Assembly: GCA_002104905.1 (NCBI GenBank)
Contig: MCFE01000620.1
Coordinates: 1 to 52,298, forward strand
DNA from: Basidiobolus meristosporus CBS 931.73
Lineage: Eukaryota; Fungi; Basidiobolomycota
DNA length: 52,298 nucleotides
Direction of reading: 5' to 3'
Shown here: piece by piece, positions 11,682-23,302 of the stretch
Layout of the letters: each line of letters begins with the position of its first letter
Numbering within the stretch: position 1 is the first letter of the stretch
Translations under genes and position numbers: made by a program
Notes under the pieces: generated by a model
What the model was told of the DNA's origin: nothing
Databases searched by the model: none
The model's input: only the letters and a program-made list of their open reading frames with translations

Positions 11682-12029
11682 GGCTGTAAGAGTCTATGAG
11701 ATATTGGAAGTGATTGGGAGGACAAGTAGGTTTTGTGGTTTTCACTTAATGACTTATTGAATGTAAAAGTAGTATTTATACTTTTACCTGGTCTTGGCAT
11801 TAAAACACGTAGAATAGGTTAAGGAAGGTCCCAAGAGCATGTGTGCAAAGTTAGGGGCTGTTTGGACAACTATGAGAATTTTGATGTTCTGGGTACCTGA
11901 TATTTTGGTGAAAATATTCTAAGTAAATCCCGGCAAGGAATTTGGTCAGTATTCTCTAGGATTTGAAGGTAATGATTTAAGTGACTAAGTTAGGTGAGTA
12001 TTTAGGTGGGAATACAAATTTTTACAACA
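11682..12029 (-). repeat. 3' LTR of Copia B
   Basis: Direct repeat of 16013-16361; its outer end reads GGCTG instead of TGTTG on the plus strand. Confidence 0.92.
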
Positions 12030-12039
12030 CTCCCACTCA

Positions 12040-15000
12040 GCTGAATGATCATACTGCCTAGTCCTAATTTTGACCTAAGATATTCAAACTTGTCTCTAGC
12101 TAATGGTTTTGTAAATATGTCTGCAATCATTTCATCTATAGGGCAGTAAACTAAGCTAACTAGGTTATTCTCTATAGCTTCATGTATGCAATGATGTCTA
12201 ATATCTATGTGCTTAGTTCTAGCATGAAAAGTTGGATTTCTACCTAATTGTGTACATCCTTGATTATCTTGAAATAAAGTAATGAGCTTTTTTTGACATA
12301 GGCCTAACTCTGTAAAAAGTTTTATTAACCACATTGCATTTTTTGTAGCTTCACAGGCAGCCATATACTCTGCCTCTGTGGTAGAAAGTGCTACGGTTGG
12401 TTGCTTTCTTGAGTTCCAGGAAATTGCTCCTTTATAGTAAAGAAAGGTGTATTCTGTGGTGGATCTTCTACCTTCTAAATTTCTTCCCCAATCAGCATCA
12501 AATATCCCACAGAATCCTGTTCTGAATCCTTATAAGTGTATCTTAAGCAGATATCAGCAGTTCCTTTTAGGTATCTAAAAATTCGCTTAACTGCTGCAAT
12601 ATGGTCAGATCCATAGTTCTGATTATGTTGGCTGACAACTCCCACTGAATATGAGATATCTGGATGTGTTCCAAGCATGATATACATCAGACTGCTGATT
12701 CTGGTTTGATAGCAAAAGTCAGGGTTTTCAGATGGCACCAAGCTCTCTTGATTTGGTGGAGTTTTGACCAAGTTAAGGTTTGTCTCCATTGGGGTAGCTG
12801 CCAGTTTACAGTCTTCCATTTGGTACTTCTTTAGTATATCTTGAATATACTAGGATTGACTTAGGGTGATAGTCTGGGTACTTCTGTCTATGGAGAACTT
12901 GATCCCTAAGTAGCAATCAAGTTCTCCTAGATCAGACATCTTGAACTCCATAGATAGGCTGGATTTAGTCTCTTCTAATGTTTCTAGGTTATTGGCGGCT
13001 ATAATAAGATCATCCCCATATAGAGCTAATAGAACTGGATTTGTTCTATCTGGCTTATAATATATACTGCACTCAGCATTACTCCTTTTGAAACTCAAAA
13101 ATTCCAAATAAGAATCTATCTTGCAATTCCAGGCTCTTGGTGATTGTTTGAGACCATAAAATGATTTTTTAAGCTTGCAGACCAAATGGGTGTTATCTTG
13201 GTCAACAAACCCATCAGGCTGGTCCATATACATGTCCTCATCATGTTCTCTATTCAAAAATGCAGTTTTTACATCCATTTGATGAATAAAAAACTTATAT
13301 TTTGCTGCAATAGCCAAAATTAATCTGATGGAGTTAAACTTGGCTACCGGTGCAAATGTCTCAGTATAGTCAAGTCCTTTTGTATGAGAGTATCCTTTGG
13401 CTACAAGTCTTGCTTTGCATCTTTCAATTTTACCATCAGCCTTGTATTTTGTCTTGAAGACCCATCTGCATCCAAGTCATTTTTGGTTGATTGGTAATTT
13501 GACTAAGTCCCAAGTTTGATTTTCCATCAGGGCCTGATATTCCTCAGTCATTACAGATCTCCAAAACTTTTTCTGAGGGCTATCTAGGGCCTCTTTTACA
13601 GTCTGGGGCTCATCAATATGGACTGAATAGGCATAGGCTAAGTTTGTACCCTCATTGACATAGTAATTTGGTCTTTTTCTTGTCCAGTTGAATCTCTGGG
13701 CATTTGAAACTGAAATGATCACTTCTGGGATATTCCTGGGCACTGATTCTGGCTGAACCATGGTTGTAGAGTCCTCTGGAGTGAAAAAATTTCTTTGTTT
13801 TGCTCTGATTCAATCCTGACAATTGGTGGACTGGAGATGAAATTTCTGTCATCATCTGATGTCATTTTTTGTGAAAATCTTGAATTTTCATCAAACAACA
13901 CATCCCTGGACTTGATCAGCGTCTTTGCTTTGGTATTACAGAGTCTGTATGCCTTACTCTCATTGCAGTAGCCTAAAAATATGCATTTTACACTTTTTGG
14001 CTCAAGTTTTGACTGATATCTGGCCAGGTTTTTGGCATATGCTGTACACCCAAATATTCTTAGATGTTCTGCACTTGGTCTGTATCCATACCATGCTTCA
14101 AATGGAGTAGAATAACAGAGCATTCTGTTATAACTCCTATTTTTAAGGTATACAGCAATGGCAACTGATTCTGCCCAAAAATCATAGGATAATTTTTGAT
14201 CATGGATCATAGATCTTGCCATATTGATTATTGATCTGTTAGCACGTTCTGCTACTCCATTTTGCTGTGGGGAGTATGGTACAGTAGTCTCTTGCTTTAT
14301 CCTAGGAATCTTGCACAAGTGGATGAAGAGTTTTGAGGTATATTCTCCACCATTGTCAGAGCATATTTTCTTGATTTTTTCACCAGTTTCTCTCTCCACC
14401 ATGGCTTTAAGCTCCCTGAGCTTAGAGAGAGCATCTTCCTTTCTCTCTATGAAGTAGGCCCATGTGAATCTTGTATAATCATCAATAAAAGTGATTAAAA
14501 ACTTCATCCTGCCTAACGATAAATTTTGCATAGGTCCACACAGATCTGAGTGAATTAGATTCAATTTTTTCTTAGTTTTGATTAACCCAGAGCTCTTGAA
14601 CAGTTATCTGGCTTGCTTCCCATATATGCTGGCTTCACACTGCTCCAAATTAGCTGGGGGATCCATTTTACTCCAGAAATTAGCTGATCTTTGATCATTT
14701 TATGCAAATAATCAAGATTGATGTGTCCAAATCTCCTATGCCAAAGCATTGGTGTTTCTTCATTAAAGTTACTTATATTGGCTTCCAGATATGATGAAAT
14801 ATAAGTCAACTTGTATATATTCTGATCTCTGATGCCCAAAGCAATATGTGTACCATTTTGATCAGTGATCCTGCATCCAGAATTGTCAAAGCTGAAACTG
14901 AGTCCTTCTGCTGTGACCTTGCTTACAGAGAGTAGGTTCTTGGCTATTTCTGGTAAATAGAGTACTACTTTCAAGGTCAGTGTATGGCTTCCCTCACTGC

Positions 15001-15985
15001 TTCTAAGGTTTACTTGGAGAGTTCCTTCTCCCACTGCATCAAGTGTTCTATTGTCACCCATGCAAACCTTCTTAATTAGAACTTCTTGATATTGGGTAAA
15101 AAGTTCTTTTTGGTGTGTAAAGTGTTGAGATGCTCCAGAGTCAATATACCACAACTGAGAATCCTTGTTTGTGGTCATATTTAGTGCAGATATGAATAGT
15201 CTATCCTCAGTTGTTGCAGCATTTCCATATTCAGGCTTCTTTTGCTGATTATCTTTCTTTTTGAGACACCGGTCTGATGTGTGTCCTTTCCTGTTGCAGC
15301 AGTTACAAAACAGGTTGCTGTTGCCTTTATAGGGTCTTGGGTACCTCCTTTGTTGGTTATCATTGCTTATTAAAGCATTTTCTTTTTCCTTCTTATTAGC
15401 GCTTGATTTTCTTAATTCTTCATCCAGAAGCTGTCCATATATATAATTCAAGGTCAAATCTTCAGTTCTGGACTCTAGGGCTGATACAAGGCCCTGAAAC
15501 ATGCCTGTCAGACTATTCAGGATGGTAACTATCACATCCTCATCAGTAGTTAGTACACACACAGATTCCATCTCATCTACCAGCAGGGTAATTCTGTTAA
15601 TTAGATTTTCATTTCCTCTCCTGGCAGCATCTTTGTAGTAAAGAATTTTTGTCTCAGATACATTTTCTTAGCAGCTGAACATGACTGGTAGGTGTCTGCT
15701 AATGCCTTCCAGGCATTCTTTGCCGTTTTTGCTCTTGAGCATTGAATTAACAATTTGTCTTTAGCATTAAGGCAAATGCAGTTAAAGGCACTTTGTTCTT
15801 TCTTCTGGTACTTTAAGGCTTCCTCTCCAACATTTTTAGGAGGGCATTCTTCTCCAATGACAATATCCCAAAGGCCTCTTTCTTATAGCAGCATCTTCAT
15901 CTTTACCTTCCACACTTGGTAGTTAGATCCATCCAGCTTTTCAGCAGAGGGAAAAATTCCAGTAATAGCAGTAGTAGACATTGCA
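12040..15985 (-). pseudogene. Copia gag-PR-IN-RT-RH pseudogene (few lesions)
   Basis: KLDGSNYQVWKVKM; CNCCNRKGHTSDRC knuckle; WYIDSGASQH protease; LIHSDLCGPM / SDNGGEY / PQQNGVAERANR integrase; QMDVKTAFL, LKKSFYGLKQSPRAW, LYGDDL (RT); RTKHIDIRHH, ADIFTKPL (RNase H). Confidence 0.96.
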
Positions 15986-16000
15986 GAGAGTGACAGCTTG

Positions 16001-16012
16001 GGGCTCATAACC
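16001..16012 (-). promoter_or_regulatory. Primer binding site GGTTATGAGCCC (complement of the tRNAiMet anticodon arm)
   Basis: Plus strand reads GGGCTCATAACC, the yeast-type initiator tRNA anticodon-arm sequence, abutting the 5' LTR. Confidence 0.9.
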
Positions 16013-16361
16013 TGTGGTAAGAGTCTTCGAGATATTGGAAGTGATTGGGAGGACAAGTAGATTATGTGGTTCTCACTTAATGATTTATTGAATGTAAAAG
16101 TAGTATTTGTACTTTTACCTGGTCTTGGCATTACAAACACGTAGAATAGGTTAAGTAAGGTCCCAAGAACATGTGTGCAAAGTTTGGGGCTGTTTGGATA
16201 ACTTTGAGAATTTTGATGTTCTGGGCACCTGGTATTTTGGTGAAAACATTCTAAGTAAATCCCAACAAGGAATTTGGTCAGTATTCTCTAGGATTTGAAG
16301 GTAATGATCTAAGTGACTAAGTTAGGTGAATATTTAGGTGGAAATACAAATTTTTACAACA
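16013..16361 (-). repeat. 5' LTR of Copia B
   Basis: 349 bp, TGTTG...CCACA on the minus strand. Confidence 0.93.
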
Positions 16362-17693
16362 TACAAAGCTCCCCCAGAAGAATCTGCCATGTGCCTGGAA
16401 TGAGGAAAAGTCCAAGTCCTTTAATTCTGTAGAGAAATCCTCCCTGTATGCTCCCCTGCTTGCTCACCCTGACTTGAGAAACCTTTCATTGTAGAAGCTG
16501 ACGCTGCTGACTTTGCACTTGGTGCAATTTTTTCCCAGTACAATCACAAGAATGTACTATGCCCTATTGCATTCTACTCCCAGAAATTTATTCCAGCTGA
16601 AGTAAACTATAATATCTATGATAAGGAGCTACTTGCAATTATTGTTGCCTTTGAGCAATGGAGACACTACCTTGATGGTGCAGCTCAAAAGATATAGATC
16701 TTCTGTGACCACAAGAACCTTGAGTACTTTACAAACTCAAAAGTACTAAACCAAAGACAAGCCAGATGGTCCCTCTTCCTGTCCAGCTTTGACTTTGTCA
16801 TCACCTATAGCCCAGGTATAAGTAGGGAAAACCTGATGCCCTCTCCAGAAAGGTGGACTATTCCCATGAAGAAGGGGATGATGCCTGTTGGCAAATGAAA
16901 AACCTGGTACTCAGCAAAAGACACTTTGAGCTCCTTGCAACCCAGTTCTCCAGTATTATTGCTCCCTCACTCCTTGAGAAAGTCAAGGCCCATCAAGCCA
17001 CCAGTTCCATAGCCATAGCAATCAAGAAATATCTCAAATCCTGCACTGACCCAACACCCAAGTTCCCAAACCTCTAGTACCTACATCTAGTCAATGACAA
17101 TATCTACCACAAACACCAATTTTTTATTCCAGACCCTGATACCCAGTTGGATATCATCCATTCTCACCATGATTCAATGGCTGCAGGGCATTTTGGGACT
17201 GCCAAAACTATAAATGCAATCAAGAGAGACTTCTGGTAACCTAAGATGATATCTCTTGTCAAGGAGTACCTCCAATCCTGTGATACATGTAACTGTGTAA
17301 AATCTGCTAGACACCAGCCATATGGACTTCTCCAACCCTTGCCAATCCCTGACCAGCAATGGAAGCCAATTTCAATGGACTTCATCACCAACCTCCCAGA
17401 ATCTAGCCAATTCAATTCAATCCTAGGTGTGGCAGATTGGCTCACCAAGATGGCTCATTTCATTCCCCACTCAAAGATCATAGATGCTAAGGAGACTGTC
17501 CACTTAGTGATCAAGAACATTTTCCGGCTCCATGGTATCCCCAGTGACATTGTATCAGATAGAGGACCTCAGCTCATATCATAATTCTGGAATCATTTCA
17601 TGCAATATCTTGGCGTGCAAGTCAAGCTCTCAACCGCTTTTCATCCACAGTCAGATTGCCAGACAGACAGAATTAACCAGATCCTTGAAGAAT

Positions 17694-18426
17694 AAACTTT
17701 TTCTGTTGGATAGTGTCACATTGAGCCATGAGTGCCAAATAGTGCCATTGCGTGCCAAAAGGCATAGCAGTCCTAAACTTGGCCACAGAGTGTGCAACAT
17801 GACTCTTCATTTTTGTGCAAAGCAACCCTTATGTTTCTCCCATTGTGCTAGAGAAAATCCATTTTATGAACTTCTTTTCTGGATCAATGTTGTGCGGGAT
17901 GCAAAAGAGCCCAGCAGGACTGAAGACATGCATCTGGTACTCAATACCCATGGCACTCTGAATCTAGCTCCTGTGGCTTGTATCATGTCACAATAATGCA
18001 CGGCACTATCTTGGTCCACTGGTACTATCTGGCCCTATAAGTACTTTATATAGGTTTTACTTTAGGAATAATATTCAAATATAGTGCCTGATAGTACCAG
18101 CAGACTAAGATAGTGCCATGCATTTTTGTGGCATGATACAAGTCACAGGAACTAAATTCAGAGTGCCATGGGTATTGAGTACCAGATGCATGCCTTTAAT
18201 CTTTTTGTGCTCTTACACATCCTGCACAACATTGATCCAAAAAAAAGGTCAAAAAATGGATTTTCTCCAGTACAATGTGTGAAACACAGGGGCTGCTTTG
18301 CATGAAGATGCAGAGCTATGTTTCACACCCTGCAGGCCAAGTATAGGCTCACTTAGCCTCCTTGGGACACTATGGCATCATTTGGCACTCATGGCTCAAT
18401 GTGGCACTATCCAACAGAACAAGTCT
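17694..18426. mobile_element. Foldback / long-TIR MITE (733 bp; arms 17694-18039 and 18080-18426) inserted in the G1 integrase
   Basis: The arms are reverse complements (TTCTGTTGGATAGTG.CACATTGAGCCATGAGTGCCAAA..). Removing the insert restores ILE.Y..CY as at 34381. AAT(A) is duplicated at the flanks. Confidence 0.9.
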
Positions 18427-18536
18427 AATACATCCAGTGCTATATTAACTATCAGCAAGACAACTGGACCCAACTGCTACCACTTGCAGAATTTGCCTAC
18501 AAAAACTCATCTCATAGTGCAACAGGTCTCACCCCA

Positions 18537-19154
18537 TTGTATGCAAATTCTTCCTTTGACATTCAGATCCCAACCAGCCCTATGAGCCCCCCAGCAGCTG
18601 AACATGCATTAACAACTCTAGAAATCCTAGAAACACTCAAGAAAGAATTATCCTTAGCCCATGAGGGGTACAAGAAGTTTGCAGACAACAAACAGCTACC
18701 TAGCCCCAAGCTTAATGAGGGAGATTCAGTATGGCTCTTGAGAAGAAACATTGCTACCAGCTGCCCTTGTGACAAATTAGACTACAAGAAACTAGGTTCA
18801 TTCAAGATCAAGAAGAAACTTAGTCCAATTGTGTACCAACTAAAGTTGCCACCAAGTAAGAAAATTCATGATGCATTCCATGTATCCCTCCTAGAACCAT
18901 TCCATGAAAGTACTCTACCCAATCAACACCCAGCAAATCCCCCAGCTGTCCAAGGGGACAAGCACCAAGAGTTTGAAGTTCAGCAAGTGTTGGATTCAAA
19001 GTATATCAGATCTCAACTTCACTGTATGGTAGATTGGGTGGGTAACAGCCCAAATGATCAAACTTGGGAACCAGCAGCAAACCTAACAAACTGCCAAGAT
19101 CTAATTGCGCAATTTCACCGGACATACCCCAACAAGCCAAAGCCAAAAGCTTGA
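18537..19154 (+). pseudogene. Integrase C-terminus with GPF/Y module and chromodomain
   Basis: KLDYKKLGSFKI..HDAFHVSLLEP..EFEVQQVLDSK..VDWVG....QTWEPAANL. Confidence 0.92.
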
Positions 19155-19676
19155 GGAAAGCCCCTCAAAAGAGGAGGAGAGTCTCCTGATCACATGACAT
19201 CCCTGGTCTTCAATTATCTGGCCAAATCAAGTCAGTGAAGAAATACCAGTCCTTCTAGAAAGTTCTACTACATTCTAGCAACTTCTTGAAAGCTCCTAGT
19301 CAACATTACACAATGGAACATTCTATGGAAGCATCCCATCAGAATTTATGCAGTACCATGCCATGTATAGTAACTACATGTCACATGATCAAGTCATATG
19401 ATCAACTGACCCCTGACATATCTCCATGTGATATTCCAGCCTGTTCTTTAGTATATTCTATCTTGGCACACTTAGTGTGCCTCACCCCAGAACCCCATCA
19501 GTATCAGCCAATATCTCTTGGCATCCATGTTGCCAAAAAGCACTTATAGTCTTATCCCCCTTATGTATTCCTCAGTCTGATAAACACTGGTCTTGAATAA
19601 ACAGCCTTGCCTTGGAAATCCAACTTGCCTTGTTGATCCACACCTAAGTCCTTTCTTGGTCCTGCCTTGTGTATAT

Positions 19677-22600
19677 TAAGAAAATGTATCTGAGACACAA
19701 ATTCTTCACTACAAAGATGCTGCCAGGAGAAGAAATGAAAAATCTAATTAACAGAATTACCCTGCTGGTAGATGAGAAGGAATCTGTGGGCATACCAACT
19801 ACTGATGAGGATGTGATAGTTACCATCCTGAATAGTCTGACAGGCAAGTTTCAGGGCCTTGTATCAGCCCTAGAGTCCAGAACTGAAGGTTTGACCTTGA
19901 ATTATATATACGGACAGCTTCTGGATGAAGAATTAAGAAAATCAAGCGCTAATAAGAAGGAAAAAGAAAATGCTTTAATAAGCAATGATAACCAACAAAG
20001 GAGGTACCCAAGACCCTATAAAGGCAACAGCAACCTGTTTTGTAACTGCTGCAACAGGAAAGGACACACATCAGACCGGTGTCTCAAAAAGAAAGATAAT
20101 CAGCAAAAGAAGCCTGAATATGGGAATGCTGCAACAACTGAGGATAGACTATTCATATCTGCACTAAATATGACCACAAACAAGGATTCTCAGTTGTGGT
20201 ATATTGACTCTGGAGCATCTCAACACTTTACACACCAAAAAGAACTTTTTACCCAATATCAAGAAGTTCTAATTAAGAAGGTTTTCATGGGTGACAATAG
20301 AACACTTGATGCAGTGGGAGAAGGAACTATCCAAGTGAACCTTAGAAGCAGTGAAGGAAGCCATACACTGACCTTTAAAGAAGTACTCTATGTACCAGAA
20401 ATAGCCAAGAACTTACTATCTATAAGCAAGGCCTCTGCAGAAGGACTCAGTTTCAGCTTTGACAATTCTAAATCCAAGATCACTTATCTAAATGGTCCCC
20501 ATATTACTCTGGGGATCAGAGATCAGAATCTGTACAAGTATACTTGTATTCTATCATATTTGGAAGCCAAAATAGGTAACTTAAATGAAGAAACACCAAT
20601 ACTTTGTCACAGGAGATTTGGACACATCAATTTTGATTATTTGCACAAAATGACCAAAGATCAGTTAACTTCTGGAGTAAAAATTGGTCCCCCAGCTAAT
20701 GTGGAACACTGTGAGGCCTGCATATATGGGAAACAAGCCAGACAGCCGTTCAAGAGCTCTGGGTTAATCAAAACTAAGAAAAAATTGAATCCAATTCACT
20801 CAGATCAGTGTGGACCTTTCCAAATTTATTCTTAAGTGGGATGAAGTATTTAATCACTTTTATTGATGATTAGACAAGATACACATGGGTCTGCTTTATG
20901 GAGAGAAAGGAAGAAGCGCTGTGTAAGCTCAGGGAGTTTAAAGCAATGGTGGAGAGAGAAACTGGTCAAAGAATAAAGAAAATACTCTCCAACAGTTGTG
21001 GAGATTATACCTCAAAACTTTTCATCCACTTCTGCAAGATTCATAGGATAAAGCAAGAGACTACAGTACCATGCTTCCCACAGAAAGATGGAGCAGCAGA
21101 GCATGCTAACAGATCAATAATTGATATGGAAAGATCTACAATCCATGATCAAAAATTATCCTATTATTTTTAGGTGGAATCAGTTGCCACTACTGTATAC
21201 CTTAGAAACAGGAATTATAACAGAATGCTCTGTTATTCTACTCCATTTGAAGCATGGTATGGGTACAGACCAAGTGCAGAACATCTAAGAATATTTGGGT
21301 GTACAGCATATGCCAAGTAGCTGCCTGGAAATCAGTCAAAATTTTAGCCAAAAAATGTAAGATGCATATTTTTGTGTTACTGCAATGAGAGTAAAGCATA
21401 CAGACTCTACAATACTAAAACAAAGTAGCTAATCAACTCTAGGGATGTGTTGTTTGATGAAAATTCCAAATTCTCACAAAAAATGACATTAGATGATGAC
21501 CAAAATCTGATCTCAAGTCCACCAATTGTGAAGATTGAATCAGAGCAAAACAATGAGTATTTTTTCCCTCCAGAGGACACTACAACTGTGGTTCAGCCTG
21601 AAGCAGTGCCCATGAAAATACTGGAAGTGATCTTTCCATTATCAAATGCCTGGAGATTCAGATTAATATTGACTATTGCAGCCAAACATAATTTTTTTAT
21701 TCATCAAATTGATGTAAAAACTGCATTTTTGAGTGGAGAACTTGATGAGGATATGTATATGGACCAACATGATGGGGTTTGTTTACCAATTTAATCCCAT
21801 TTGGTCTGCAGGCTTGAAAAGTCACTATATGATCTTAAACAATCACCAACAGCCTGGAATTGCAAGATAGATTCTGATTTGAAATCTCTGAGTTTCCAAA
21901 GGAGTAATACTCACAATAGTATATACTATAAGCCAGATAGAGCAAATCAGGTTCTATTAGCTCTATATGTGGATGATCTTATTATAGCCACCAATAACCT
22001 AGAAACATTGGAAGACACTAAATCCAGCCCATGTAAGGAGTTCAAGATGTCTGATCTAGGAGAACTCAGTTACTACTTAGGGATCAAGTTCTCCATAGAC
22101 AGAAGTACCCAGACCATCACCCTAGGCCAATCCAAGTATATTCAAGACACACTAAAGAAGAACTAAATGGATGACTGTAAACCAGCAGCTACCTCAATGG
22201 AGACAATCCTTAACTTGGTCAAGACACAACCAAATCTAGAGAGCTTGGTGCCATTTGAAAGCCCAAACTTTCCTTATCAATATAGGGCTGGCAATCTGAT
22301 GTATATCATGCTTGGAACATGGCCAGATATCTCATACTCATTGGGAGTTGTCAGACAACATAATCAGAACCATGTATCTGACCTATTGCAGCAGGTAAGT
22401 GGATTTTTAGATACCTAAAAGGAGCTGTGGATATCTGCTTGAGATACACTTATGAGGATTCGGAACAGGACCTTGTGAGATGCTCTGATGCTGATTGGGG
22501 ACAAAATATGGAAGACAGAAGATCCACCACAGGATATGCCTATCTTTACTGTCAAGAAGCAATTTCATGGAATTCAAGAAAGCAGCCAACTTTAGCACTT

Positions 22601-23302
22601 TCTGCCAGAGAGGCAGACTATATGGCAGCCTGTGAAGCTACAAAATAAGCAATGTGGTTAAGAAAGCTTTTTACAGATTTAGGCTTATGTCAAAAAACGC
22701 CTATTACTTAATTTCAAGATAATCAAGGATGCATACAATTAGGTAGAAATCCAACTTTTCATGCTAGAACCAAGCACATAGATATTAGACATCATTGCAT
22801 ACATGAAGCTATAGAGAATAACTTATTAGCTTAGCTTACTGTCCTACTGATGAAATGATTGCAGACATATTTACCAAACCATTAGCTAGAGACAAGTTTG
22901 AATAGCTTGGTCAAAATTAGGACTAGTCAGAATGATCATTGAAATGAGTGGGAGTGTTGTAAAAACTTGTAATTTCACCTAAATATTCACCTAACTTAGT
23001 CACTTAGACTGTTACCTTCAAATCCTAGAGAATACCAACCAAATTCCTAGTTGGGATTTACTCGGAATATTTTCAACAAAATACCAGGTAGCCAGAACAT
23101 GAAATTCTCAAAGTTGTCCAAACAGCCCCAAACCATGCACACATCTTATTGCAACCTTCCTTGACCTATTCTATGTGCTTGTAATGCCAAGACTATGTAA
23201 AAGTATAAATACTACTTTCGCATTCATTAAGTCATTAAGTGAAAGACATATAATCTACTTGTCCTCCCAATCACTTCCATTATCTCCAAGACTCTTACAA
23301 CA
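19677..23302 (+). mobile_element. Ty1/Copia copy C, 5'-truncated within gag, with an ~0.3-kb internal deletion near 21660 and 3' LTR 22955-23302
   Basis: ORF 19669-20835 (gag, knuckle, DSGA protease, GAG-pre-integrase); integrase, RT and RNase H remnants; PPT then TGTTG..CAACA. Confidence 0.94.

Larger units (their letters stand above)
11682..16361 (-). mobile_element. Ty1/Copia copy B, full-length (~4.68 kb), best-preserved copy
   Basis: LTRs at 16013-16361 and 11682-12029 (~93% identical by eye), PBS at 16001-16012, PPT at 12030-12042, TACAA on both flanks (11677-11681, 16362-16366). Confidence 0.96.
16362..19676 (+). mobile_element. Chromovirus Ty3/Gypsy fragment G1 (RNase H, integrase, chromodomain, 3' LTR), 5'-truncated
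   Basis: EADAADFALGA, YDKELLAI, QPYGLLQPLPIP..WKPISMDFI, GIPSDIVSDRGPQ; chromodomain in ORF 18537-19154; PPT AAAAGAGGAGGAGAG; LTR 19182-~19676 homologous to 35139-35666. Confidence 0.93.

Noticed and set aside
11682-16361. Currently active autonomous Copia
   Set aside because: There is an in-frame stop in gag (~15883), several frameshifts, YGDD at the RT active site and ~7% LTR divergence.
17532-17996. 154-aa ORF as a possible novel gene
   Set aside because: It is a chimera of an off-frame G1 integrase stretch and the left foldback arm.
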